Of a DNA stretch of 64,000 nucleotides, positions 40,255 through 49,387 are shown piece after piece; positions within the stretch are counted from its first letter, which is position 1, and each line of letters begins with the position of its first letter. Where the stretch lies: assembly GCA_963788965.1 (NCBI GenBank), contig CAWBIK010000007.1:4147-68146 (forward strand). The letters are read 5' to 3'. This DNA is from an uncultured Acidobacteriota bacterium. GTDB taxonomy: Bacteria; Acidobacteriota; Blastocatellia; Pyrinomonadales; Pyrinomonadaceae. The position numbers were made by a program, and so were the translations under genes. The notes beneath the pieces are model-generated. The model made no database searches and was not told the origin of the DNA. It worked only from the letters and a program-made list of their open reading frames with translations.

Positions 40255-40701
40255 ATGACCAATGACGAGATACAACGGATGATGGAGTTCATCATTCAAC
40301 AGCAAGCGCAGTTCACGGTCAACCAACAACAGGTGGACGAAAAACTGACGCACATGTCCAACGTCATGCTGGCAGTGGTCGATGCGCAAGCGCGCGCCAG
40401 TATCCAAATAGAATCACTGTTGCAGGCGCAGGCGCGGCTGTCCGACGCACAGATGCGAACTGAAGCCAGAGTTTCAGTTCTAGGTGAGAGGCTAGAGCAG
40501 CTAGTGGAAGCGCAGGCGCGGACGGACGCGCGGTTGGCCGAACTGCAAGCACGCACCGATGAGCGGTTTGCACTGTTGGCAGAGGCCGAGGCGCGGACGG
40601 ATGAGCGGTTTGCGGTGTTGGCGGATTCGTTGGCGCATACGGATCAGAAGTTGGATGCGCTGATCGACATCGTGCGCGAGGGGCGCAACGGTCGGGGTTG
40701 A
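40255..40701 (+). CDS. Coiled-coil hypothetical protein with AQARTDxRxA repeats
   Basis: ORF 40219..40701. EAQARTDARLAELQARTDERFALLAEAEARTDERFAVLADSLAHTDQKLDALIDIV. No catalytic motif. Confidence 0.5.
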   Translation: MTNDEIQRMMEFIIQQQAQFTVNQQQVDEKLTHMSNVMLAVVDAQARASIQIESLLQAQARLSDAQMRTEARVSVLGERLEQLVEAQARTDARLAELQARTDERFALLAEAEARTDERFAVLADSLAHTDQKLDALIDIVREGRNGRG

Positions 40702-40749
40702 GACGCAAGGGGCGGGTTGACTCGCACATCATCTCAGGCACGTTCTCGT

Positions 40750-41178
40750 TCATACCTCCCGGACAGTCCCGCATAAGCTGAACAACTTGATGACCGTTTC
40801 GAGTAAGGGCGCGACGACGCACGGCGGCGGGCGCGGATTGTCCTTGCTGTACAGGACTGTGCGCGGCCGGCCGCGCTCGTCCGGCTCGACTATGCCAAGT
40901 CCGTCGCCGCCCGCAATCGGGAACCACGTCGCATACAACTCACAGTAGCCGTAGCCGATGGTGTAATACTCAAGATCAAAGGGCGGGTGCTGATGGCCGC
41001 GCTGGCAGCAGGGGCAATAGAAGCGCCGCCCGCTCTTGTCGAGGCGCACTGTGATCGTGTGCGGCAGACACATCGGCGTCAAAGCCTCCAAGCCAGCGGG
41101 CGAATATTCAGGGTGACGTTTAGCACTGCGCTCTGTTATCTTTGCGCCCGCGTTCTTTCGACTACAGGCAACGGCCAC
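40750..41178 (-). CDS. Hypothetical Cys/His-containing protein, divergent from the XRE gene
   Basis: 142-aa ORF, with an alternative start at MCLPHTI (41073). Contains YCPCCQRGHQHPP. No family recognised. Confidence 0.4.
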   Translation of the reverse strand: MAVACSRKNAGAKITERSAKRHPEYSPAGLEALTPMCLPHTITVRLDKSGRRFYCPCCQRGHQHPPFDLEYYTIGYGYCELYATWFPIAGGDGLGIVEPDERGRPRTVLYSKDNPRPPPCVVAPLLETVIKLFSLCGTVREV

Positions 41179-41270
41179 ATGCGTAGCTCACCCTTCACAC
41201 TTGAGTGATGAGCATCGCCGTTGAGTGCAACAGGTGCAAACTCGCGGCGAACTTCAAACGCAGTCAGAGT

Positions 41271-41290
41271 TTATCCGCAATTGCGGATAA
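41271..41290. promoter_or_regulatory. Perfect 20-bp palindrome TTATCCGCAATTGCGGATAA (putative XRE operator)
   Basis: An exact inverted repeat 46 nt upstream of the XRE ATG, in the divergent intergenic region between 40750..41178 (-) and the XRE gene (+). Confidence 0.5.
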
Positions 41291-41335
41291 AAACAAGTCG
41301 AATCTTCAATGTGTTCCATCAGGAGGTCACTTCTG

Positions 41336-41658
41336 ATGGGCGGTAAAGCGCGACAAAAGCCGAAACGCTTGGCCGACAAACTGGCTACAGATTCGCAATG
41401 CGCTCGGTCTTTCGCAATCGGATATGCTTCACTGCGTTTAGGAGTTCAAGATAGTATCAAGTACACCAGAATTTCAGAGTACGAGTTAGGCAAAGGTGAA
41501 CCATCATTACGACGCTCTTGCAATATGCGCGCGTTGCGAACGTATACATGGAAGTGCTCATTGACGACGCGCTAGACTTGCCCGACAATTTGCCAAGCCC
41601 AATGAAACATGAAGGTATCCGGCGCAAATCTGCCCCGCGAAGCAAATCAAAGCGATAG
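41336..41658 (+). pseudogene. XRE-family HTH transcriptional regulator, three frame switches as sequenced
   Basis: AGGAGG-N9-ATG at 41336. Stitching the frames gives MGGKARQKPKRLADKL / RQIRNALGLSQSDMLHC / LGVQDSIKYTRISEYELGKGEPSL / PTLLQYARVANVYMEVLIDDALDLP..., a canonical Cro/C1-type HTH. Switches at about 41383, 41437 and 41509. Confidence 0.75.
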
Positions 41659-41776
41659 CGCGGCCAGACTGCGCTTGATCTGTGCGTAAGGATTAAGTTC
41701 CGCCCTCATGATTCGGGGAAGACGGCCGGCCGCCGCGTTCTGCTATGCTGATCTCACCTTATAGCGAGGCCACACG

Positions 41777-44755
41777 ATGAAAAGAGTTTACGTTTCCTCA
41801 ACCTTCCTTGATTTGCAAGAGTGCCGCGCAAAAGTTAACGGCGCGCTGCGCCGCATGGGGCTGGAAGATGTGGCGATGGAGCATTACGTCGCCGACCACA
41901 GGCCGGCGGTTGATAAGTGTCTGGCAGATGTGGCCGCTTGCGATCTCTACGTGGGCGTCTTCGCGTGGCGACACGGCTTCGTGCCGAAGAAGGACAACCG
42001 CAAGAAGATGTCCATTACTGAGATGGAATATCGCCACGCGGTCAAGACCGGCAAGCCGCGTTTGATCTTTTTGTTGGATGAAGAGGCATCGTGGCCCGTC
42101 AAGCTCATCGACGACGATAAGAAACGCATCAAGCAACTGCGCGCCGAGTTGGCGAGGGATAACACCGTCTCTTTTTTCAAGTCGGCTGCGGAATTGGGCG
42201 AAGTGTTCGCGCCCGCAGTTCACAACTGGCTACGGGAGCATGGCCACCTCACGCCGGTCGCACGCCCCGCCGAGTTGGACTTGACGAACTACTACGCCGC
42301 TTTGCTCAAACGTTACCAGCGCATCGATCTGAACGCGCTGACGCCGCCGGAGAAGGAAGAGTATCTACAGTTGCAACTGCGGCAGGTGTTCGTCGCGCAG
42401 AGCGTGCGCGAGAATCCGCCGCCGGTCGAACTGCCGAAAGAGTTGTGGGACAAGCTGCGGCGCGAGGGCGAGTTGCATCATGAAGACTTGCCTGCGGGTG
42501 TTGCGCCCGATGATGTGTTGCGCGCGCGCACAGGCTACTACGAGAAGACGCCGCAGCCCGTGCTGGACGTGCTGACAGACGCGCGCCACAAGTACAGCAT
42601 CATTCTGGGCGATCCGGGCGCGGGCAAGTCCACGCTGGCGCGCTACGTCCTGCTGTCGTTGATTAGCGAAGAGGGCGACGAACGATTGCGCCGCGCCTTT
42701 GCCGGCCATGTGCCGCTGTTAATCGAACTGCGGAGCTACGCCGGTCTGTACGCGGACGGCAAGTGCGAGAGCTTCACGGAATTTCTCGTCACGCTGGGCA
42801 AGAGTGAAGGTTGGGGCATCGAACGCGAGGCGCTTGAGCATTATCTTAAACAGGACGGGCGCGCACTCGTCATCTTCGACGGGCTGGACGAAATCTTCGA
42901 CCCCGATCAACGCGAACAGATCGCGCACCGCATCGTCGGCTTCACCAACGAGTACCCGCAGGCGCGTCTCTTCGTCACCAGCCGCGTCATCGGCTACCGG
43001 CGCAAGATACTTGCCGACGCAGGCTTCGCACACTTCACGCTGCAAGATTTAGACGAGCCGCAGGTCGCAGAGTTCGTTACACGCTGGTACGACCTTGCCT
43101 TGAGCGACCAACCCGAAGAGGCCGCCGCGCGCCGCGAACGCATCCTGCGCGCGTTCAAAGACTCCGCTTCCATTCGCCAACTCGCGGGCAATCCGATGCT
43201 CTTGACCATCATGGCCATCATCGGCAAGCACAGAGAACTCCCGCGCGAGCGTTGGAAACTCTACGAGCACGCCGCCAGCGTCCTTGTCGAGCATTGGGAC
43301 GTAGGCAAGCACCTGAAAGACCACAGCATCGACGCCCCTTTCATCGAAGAAGACGACAAGAAAGAACTGCTGCGCCGGCTCGCCTTCAAGATGCAGGCGG
43401 GCGCAGGCGGGTTAGCGGGCAACTACATCCACCGCGACGAATTGCAGACCGAGTTCGAGGGCTATCTAACAGAACGTTATGAACTGACACCGGCAGCGGC
43501 GAAGCCCGTCGCCCGCGCGATGCTCGAACAGTTCCGCGAGCGCAACTTCATCCTCTCGCTCTACGGCGCGAACATCTACGGCTTCGTCCACCGCGCCTTT
43601 CTCGAATACTTCTGCGCCACGGCGTTCACACACAAGTTCGAGAAGACGCGCGCGATAACGCCCGACGAATTGAAGCGCGACGTTTACGGCGCACACTGGC
43701 GCGAGCGTAGCTGGCACGAAGTCCTGCGCCTGATCTGCGGCATCCTTGACGAGAAGTTCGCTGGCGAGATCATTGACTTCCTTGTGACGGAAATTAAGCC
43801 GCCAACGGATGGCTGGACTGATGAACAGCCGCCGTGGAACATAGCTCTGGCCATACAGTGCCTCGGCGAAGTCCGAAACCTCGGCACGGTCGCAGACCCC
43901 GCGCGGCGACTGTTACAGGCTGTATGCACATTCCTTGAAACTGAGCTGAAGAGCGGCAACTTCAAGCTTTATGGCTTTCTACATGATCCAATCGTCACCT
44001 CAATCGAAACAATCGGCCCGAACTGGCCGCACAGAGCCGTGTTAGCAGAGTGGCTGAAAGGATTACCTTCCATAGATTTCTCTTATTATTATGCTGAACC
44101 ATTCGGGCGGATTGTCGGCTCAGTTGGTGCGGGGCTGAAGGAAATACATCAGAGCATCTTGTCTTTTGCAGCCCACGATGATGTGAGATACCGGACACTA
44201 GCACTATTCGCATTAGCCATAGGGTGGCATAACAACACCGCGACCCTGCCGCTGTTGCGCGCCCGCGCCGTCGAGGACGCACACCAATATGTTCGCAGCA
44301 CGGCGCTCAATGCGTTGGCACAGCACTACCGCGCGGACGCCGCGACCCTGCCGCTGTTGCGCGCCCGCGCCGTCGAGGACGCACACCAATATGTTCGCAG
44401 CACGGCGCTCGAAGCGTTGGCGCAGCACTACCGCGCGGACGCCGCGACCCTGCCGCTGTTGCAGGCGCGCGCCGTCGAAGATGCAGACCAATATGTTCGC
44501 AGCACGGCGCTCAATGCGTTGGCACAGCACTACCGCGCGGACGCCGCGACCCTGCCGCTGTTGCGCGCCCGCGCCGTCGAGGACGCACACCAATATGTTC
44601 GCAGCACGGCGCTCAATGCGTTGGCGCAGCACTACCGCGCGGACGCCGCGACCCTGCCGCTGTTGCGCGCCCGTGCGAAGGATGACGAATCAGAGTTGGT
44701 GAAAATGACAGCCCGAAGACGTGCGGAAGAGTTGAGTCGCGCCGTGGTGTCGTAG
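41777..44755 (+). CDS. STAND NTPase: DUF4062 (TIR-like) N-terminus, NACHT ATPase, C-terminal HEAT repeats
   Basis: Intact 992-aa ORF. N-terminus VYVSSTFLDLQECR...CDLYVGVFAWRHGF...SITEMEYRHAVKTGKPRLIFLL matches the DUF4062 pattern. Walker A ILGDPGAGKSTLA. Walker B ALVIFDGLDEI. C-terminus has PBS-lyase-type HEAT repeats (DAHQYVRSTALNALAQHY). Confidence 0.9.
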   Translation: MKRVYVSSTFLDLQECRAKVNGALRRMGLEDVAMEHYVADHRPAVDKCLADVAACDLYVGVFAWRHGFVPKKDNRKKMSITEMEYRHAVKTGKPRLIFLLDEEASWPVKLIDDDKKRIKQLRAELARDNTVSFFKSAAELGEVFAPAVHNWLREHGHLTPVARPAELDLTNYYAALLKRYQRIDLNALTPPEKEEYLQLQLRQVFVAQSVRENPPPVELPKELWDKLRREGELHHEDLPAGVAPDDVLRARTGYYEKTPQPVLDVLTDARHKYSIILGDPGAGKSTLARYVLLSLISEEGDERLRRAFAGHVPLLIELRSYAGLYADGKCESFTEFLVTLGKSEGWGIEREALEHYLKQDGRALVIFDGLDEIFDPDQREQIAHRIVGFTNEYPQARLFVTSRVIGYRRKILADAGFAHFTLQDLDEPQVAEFVTRWYDLALSDQPEEAAARRERILRAFKDSASIRQLAGNPMLLTIMAIIGKHRELPRERWKLYEHAASVLVEHWDVGKHLKDHSIDAPFIEEDDKKELLRRLAFKMQAGAGGLAGNYIHRDELQTEFEGYLTERYELTPAAAKPVARAMLEQFRERNFILSLYGANIYGFVHRAFLEYFCATAFTHKFEKTRAITPDELKRDVYGAHWRERSWHEVLRLICGILDEKFAGEIIDFLVTEIKPPTDGWTDEQPPWNIALAIQCLGEVRNLGTVADPARRLLQAVCTFLETELKSGNFKLYGFLHDPIVTSIETIGPNWPHRAVLAEWLKGLPSIDFSYYYAEPFGRIVGSVGAGLKEIHQSILSFAAHDDVRYRTLALFALAIGWHNNTATLPLLRARAVEDAHQYVRSTALNALAQHYRADAATLPLLRARAVEDAHQYVRSTALEALAQHYRADAATLPLLQARAVEDADQYVRSTALNALAQHYRADAATLPLLRARAVEDAHQYVRSTALNALAQHYRADAATLPLLRARAKDDESELVKMTARRRAEELSRAVVS
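44240..44680 (+). repeat. Near-identical 102-bp (34-aa) tandem repeats inside the NACHT gene, 4 full copies plus 1 partial
   Basis: gcgaccctgccgctgttgcgcgcccgcgccgtcgaggacgcacaccaatatgttcgcagcacggcgctcaatgcgttggcacagcactaccgcgcggacgcc recurs at 44240, 44342, 44444 and 44546 with only a few substitutions. Confidence 0.85.
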
Positions 44756-44779
44756 ATTCGGGCATGCGGGGCGCGGATA

Positions 44780-45250
44780 GGGCGGGGCGGGGTGGGAGAT
44801 GCGGCGGGCGGGGGGGTGAAGTGAGGCGGTGGGGGTGAAAATCGTCGTGCGGGCGTGAAAGTCGAGCAGTGCGGGTGTTGAGGCGAGGCGGGGCGCGTGT
44901 GAAGTCTGCCAGTGCGGGCGTGAGGCGGGTGGTGCGGGGTGTAAATCGAGCCAGTGCGGGCGTAAACCGTGCCGGTGCGGGGAAAAGTGAGCCAGTGCGG
45001 GCGTGAAATTTAGCCGGTGCGGGGTTGATCTGAGCCAGTGCGGCGAAAAATCGTGCGGTGCGGGAAAAAGTTGTGCGGTGCGGGCGTGGAGTCGTAGCGG
45101 GGCGAGCGAAAATCTCGGCCGGGCGGGTCGAAATCGTGCCGTGCGGGGTGTAAACGTGGCCGTGCGGGTTGAAAACGGGGCGGTGCGGGCCGCAATGGCG
45201 GCGGGGCGGCGTTGAGTGGCGATGTGCGGGCGTTGTGGGTCGGCGCGCAG
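44780..45250. repeat. Tandem array C: degenerate 20-22-bp repeat with GTGCGGG core, about 20 units
   Basis: GTGCGGG-like cores at 44847, 44869, 44912, 44932, 44954, 44975, 44995, 45017, 45038, 45058, 45078, 45141, 45162, 45183 and 45224. Degenerate units lie between them. Typical unit: gtgcgggcgtgaaatttagccg. Confidence 0.8.
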
Positions 45251-45256
45251 GGCGGC

Positions 45257-45335
45257 GGATTGTAGATTGCGGAATGCGGAATGCGGATTAAGCAGACAGT
45301 TGTTCTTATAACCCGAAATCCCCGCTCCGCAATCG
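45257..45335. repeat. Heptamer-tiled palindromic element, GCGGATT/AATCCGC family (right arm degenerate)
   Basis: gattgta gattgcg gaatgcg gaatgcg gatt - aagcagacagttgttcttata - acccgaaatccccgctccgcaatcg. Confidence 0.6.
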
Positions 45336-45457
45336 TCTTTGTTTGCGGTGGCGCGTTGTGTGTATAATGTGCGCTCTCGTAAGGGGCGTGTTGTGCGCCC
45401 TTTTCTCACAGGTAGCCTCGCAAGACCTCTAACCTACCACAAAAGGAGATAGCCTCA

Positions 45458-46139
45458 ATGAATGATCTGGAAACTCGCAGGCACGAGATGCTGGTGCGCG
45501 TGCGTGATTTTGGGACGACGCACGCGGGCGCGTTCCCGGCCGGTAGTCTGGGCAGCGAGCAGTTGAACGTCCTCGGCGCGCGCCGTGAAGGAGTTGGAAC
45601 AGCACGCGACGACGCAGACTTCCAGCGCGGGCGCGGCGCGACAGGGCAGCACATCAAGGGCCGTGGCGCATGCGGCCCTGCGCGAAGACCTGCTGGCCAT
45701 CACACGCACGGCGCGCGCGCTGGCGTTGGACGTGCCGGGCCTAGACGACAAGTTTCGCCTGCCGCGCAGCGGGAGCGACACGGCGCTGCTCAACTCAGCG
45801 CGCGCCTTCGCCGCCGATGCCGCGCCGCTCACAGCCGAGTTCATCAGACACGAACTGCCCGCAGACTTCCTCGACGACCTCAACGCCGACATCGCAGACT
45901 TCGAGCAAGCCGTCAACAGCCAGAACACAGGCATGGACGCGCGCGTCGCCGCCACCGCCGCCATCGACGGCGCGCTCGAACGCGGACTCAAAGCCGTGCA
46001 GCGCCTAGACGTGATCGTGCGGAACAAGTTCCACAACGACCTGTCCACGCTCGCCGCGTGGACGAGTGCAAGCCACGTCGAGCGTGCGCCGAAGCGGAAA
46101 CAGACGGTGGCGTCGCCGGATGCGCCGGCCAAAGCTTGA
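45458..46139 (+). CDS. Hypothetical protein; one frameshift as sequenced
   Basis: ORFs 45458.. and 45585..46139 join at about 45575-45590 (MNDLETRRHEMLVRVRDFG... / ...ELEQHATTQTSS...AAWTSASHVERAPKRK). No family recognised. Confidence 0.5.
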
Positions 46140-46230
46140 TTGCGGAATGCGGAGTGCCAATTTCGGAATGCGGATTGCGGATTGTAAAGACAAGTGTTCC
46201 TTAATCCGCAATCCGAAATCCGAAATTGGC
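46138..46230. repeat. Heptamer-tiled palindromic element, GCGGATT/AATCCGC family
   Basis: gattgcggaatgcggagtgccaatttcggaatgcggattgcggatt - gtaaagacaagtgttcctt - aatccgcaatccgaaatccgaaattggc. Confidence 0.8.
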
Positions 46231-46484
46231 TGAACGAAGGGCCGCCGGGGTTGGTGGGGGGCGAAGCAACCGGACGGGCGGCGGATACGTCTCATGCGCG
46301 TCGTTTCTTTCGTGCGCGGACGGAGAGCCTCACCTGAGTTAGCCTCGCGGTGAATGACCACTGACCAACCGGCGCGAAAGAGTCTCAAACCCCCAATCTG
46401 GTCGAAGCTGTGCGCCCGTGCCCGCGTTGTGTGCCGTCGTGCTGCTGAGACTTCCGCTGACCTCGCAATAAGGAGAAAGCTGTT

Positions 46485-47042
46485 ATGCATATGGAGCGAA
46501 GCGCGGCCCGCAAGCCCGTGAGCGCGCGCCTGTTGGCCCTCGTCTGCCTGCTGCTGTTGTCGGCCGGCGCGGCGTTTGGCCAAGAAGCGAGCGCGCAGGC
46601 GACGGCCGCCGAACAGGAGTTGAACGTGTCGGATGTATTGAAACTGCCGGGCAAGGTGATCGGGCGTGGCGTGAACACGACGACAACTAAGGGCGTGGCG
46701 AAGTTGCGCTCGTACCGCGTCGAAGAAGTGACGCTGCCGCAGATCACCGAGGTCGAGTTGAGCGGACAGCGCGTGCCCGTGACGAAAGCGTTCCGTCTGG
46801 TCTTGACGGGCGGGCCGTTCCCCGTGCGGGCGCTACCGGCGGTCGTCTGGTTGGACGACGTGGCCGTGGGCTACGGCATCGAGAACGAAGACCTGACCGA
46901 GATCAGTGTCGTCACTTATGACGAGGCGCTGTTGCGCGACGGCGCGACCATCGCGCTCTCGTATGGCGACAAAGAGAACAAGAAAGACCGCACGGCGCTG
47001 CCGGAGAAACTCAAGCTCGACACGAAAGGAGTCCAACCTTAA
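46485..47042 (+). CDS. Secreted hypothetical protein
   Basis: 185-aa ORF with a signal peptide (LLALVCLLLLSAGAAFGQ). Its stop overlaps the next ATG (TAATG). Confidence 0.5.
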   Translation: MHMERSAARKPVSARLLALVCLLLLSAGAAFGQEASAQATAAEQELNVSDVLKLPGKVIGRGVNTTTTKGVAKLRSYRVEEVTLPQITEVELSGQRVPVTKAFRLVLTGGPFPVRALPAVVWLDDVAVGYGIENEDLTEISVVTYDEALLRDGATIALSYGDKENKKDRTALPEKLKLDTKGVQP

Positions 47043-48781
47043 TGCATAGACACCTCACGCCCCTCGCACTCACATTACTTTTGACATTGGCGTGCGCGTT
47101 CGTCGCCACCGCCCAGACACCCGACCCCGGCACAACCGGCCCTTACGCCGTCACGCGCGAAGAGTACAACTACGGCAACAGCGTCTTTCGCCCGACCGGC
47201 TTCCCGATCTCCGTCGAACTGCGCGCCTCGGTCCATCACCCGACCGACATGACCGGCGGCCCCTTCCCTGTCGTCGTCTTCCTGCACGGGCGGCACGCCA
47301 CCTGTTATCGCAACTCGACGGCCACGCTGCGCTGGCCATGTCTCAGCAACGAGCAACCGATCCCAAGTTTTCAAGGCTACGACTACATCGCCCAGACATT
47401 AGCCAGCAACGGCTACTTCGTCATCTCGGTCAGCGCCAACGGCATCAACGCCTACGACAACAACGTGGCCGACCTCGGCATGCAGGCGCGCGCCGAACTC
47501 ATGCAGCGCCACCTCAGTCAGTGGCAGACCTTCAACACCACGGGCGCAGCGCCCTTCGGCACGAAGTTCGTCGGCAAAGTTGACCTAACGCGCGTCGGCA
47601 CGATGGGCCACTCGCGCGGCGGCGAAGGCGTCGTCAAACATTATGTCTATAACGCCAGCTTAGGCTCGCCCTACGGCATCAAGGCCGTCTTCCCGCTCGC
47701 GCCCGTTGACTTCAACCGGCCCGTCGCCAACAACGCCGCGCTCGGCGTCGTCCTGCCCTACTGCGACGGCGACGTGAGCGACAATCAAGGCGTCCACTTC
47801 TACGACGACGCGCGCTACAACGTCGCGGGCGACACCGGCGCGAAGCACACCATCCAAGTGATGGGCGGCAATCACAACTACTACAACACCATCTGGACAC
47901 CCGGCATGTTCCCCGCCGGCACGTCCGACGATTGGACGGCCTACGTCACCGGCGGCACGCTCGACGGGCAGTGCGGCACGGTCGCGGGCAACAAACGCCT
48001 GACCAGCGCGCAGCAGCGCGGCACTGGCCTCGCTTACCTGTCGGCCTTCATGCGCGTCTACGTCGGCGGCGAGACGCAGTTCACGCCCATCCTGACGGGC
48101 GCGGCCCCGCCGCCCGCGTCCGCGCAGACGACCGCCATCAACGTCTCCTATCACGCGCCCGACGCGGCCACGAAGCGCCGCGACGTGAACCGTCTGCTGA
48201 CCGCCACGAACCTGACCACCAACACGCTCGGCGGCGCAACCACGCAGACGGGCCTGACGCCGCACGACCTCTGCGGCGGCAACTCGCCCCAGCCGCAGCA
48301 CTGTCTCCCGCTACCCAATCCACCAGTCGTCAACCGCACACCACGCCGAGCGCACGCGCGACGACCTTGCGCGGCCTCAGCCAACTACGCACAGGCTGGA
48401 ACGGCGGCGGCGCGAGCTACACGAACACGCTCCCCGCCGGCACGAACAACGTGAGCGGCTTCCAAGCTGCTACAGTTCCGCGTCAGCGTCAACTTCGCCG
48501 ACCTGCGCAACCCGAACGCCGCGCAGAACTTCTCCGTCGTGTTGATCGACGGCACAGGCGCGCAAAGCACTGTGCGCGTCGGCGACGTGTCCGGCGCACT
48601 CTTCTATCCGCCGGGCACAACCGGCCCCGTGCCGAAAGTCCTCTTGAACATGGTGCGCGTCCCGCTCACCTCGTTCACGGGCGTCAACCTGTCCGACATA
48701 CGCACCGTCAAATTCCAGTTCGATCAAACCGCACAGGGCGCACTCCTGATCTCCGATCTCGCCTTCGCCTCTGCGCCCTAA
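47042..48781 (+). CDS. Secreted alpha/beta hydrolase (lipase/cutinase/PAF-acetylhydrolase-like) with C-terminal domain; two frameshifts as sequenced
   Basis: Signal peptide, then the nucleophile elbow VGTMGHSRGGEG. The C-terminal part is recovered in other frames (HTTPSARATTLRGLSQLRTGWNGGGASYTN..., then LLQFRVSVNFADLRN...ISDLAFASAP). Switches at about 48300-48340 and about 48465. Confidence 0.7.
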
Positions 48782-48808
48782 CCGACCGAACACTACAGCC
48801 ACTTTCCA

Positions 48809-48850
48809 GACGGACGCCGCCGCGCAAGCGACCCGGCGTCCGTCGCTTTT
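48809..48850 (+). terminator. Rho-independent terminator
   Basis: gacggacgcc (48809-48818) pairs with ggcgtccgtc (48835-48844), followed by gctttt. Confidence 0.7.
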
Positions 48851-48900
48851 AATGATATAGTTAGCGGCAACAAGGCTCGCGTCCGAGGCAGCCGCCGGCC

Positions 48901-49155
48901 ATGAAGAAACGAAAACTATTGCAGCAGGCGTTGACGAGGCCGAAGAATTTTCGTTTCAATGACATGGTTACTCTGGTCGAGGCTTTCGGGTTTCGCTTGT
49001 TGCGCACAAGCGGCAGTCATCATATCTTTGGACATCCACGGGTCGCAGAACAGTTGAACTTGCAAGCCGTGCGCGGCTTAGTCAAGCCATATCAGATCGG
49101 GCAATTCCTGCAACTGGTCGAGCGGTATAATTTGCAGCTAGAGGCAGATGGATGA
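48901..49155 (+). CDS. hicA: Type II toxin HicA (mRNA interferase)
   Basis: 84-aa ORF. FNDMVTLVEAFGFRLLRTSGSHHIFGHP is the HicA/YcfA dsRBD-like motif with the catalytic GSHH. Confidence 0.85.
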   Translation: MKKRKLLQQALTRPKNFRFNDMVTLVEAFGFRLLRTSGSHHIFGHPRVAEQLNLQAVRGLVKPYQIGQFLQLVERYNLQLEADG

Positions 49156-49373
49156 AGGATTATCACATCAACATCTTTTACAGCGAAGAGGATGAAGGCT
49201 ACATCGCGGACATTCCCGACCTAGCCATGTGCTCGGCGTTCGGACAGACACCGGCCGAGGCTTTGGCGGAAGTCGAGCAGGCCAAGCAACTCTGGCTGGC
49301 AGCGGCCCGCGCGGCCGGCAAACCTGTGCCTGAGCCGCGCTATCGTCCGGCCATTTACAAACTAGCTTCTTAA
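49152..49373 (+). CDS. hicB: Type II antitoxin HicB (UPF0150 fold)
   Basis: 73-aa ORF overlapping the hicA stop by 4 nt. YHINIFYSEEDEGYIADIPDLAMCSAFGQTPAEALAEVEQA is typical of HicB. Confidence 0.85.
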   Translation: MKDYHINIFYSEEDEGYIADIPDLAMCSAFGQTPAEALAEVEQAKQLWLAAARAAGKPVPEPRYRPAIYKLAS

Positions 49374-49387
49374 CAGCTTCAACGAAC

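Noticed and set aside
44690-45409. 239-aa minus-strand ORF downstream of the NACHT gene.
   Set aside because: Its sequence is just the periodic translation of tandem array C (7-residue periodic PHW/HRT/PAR pattern). It has no start context and continues into the NACHT 3' end.
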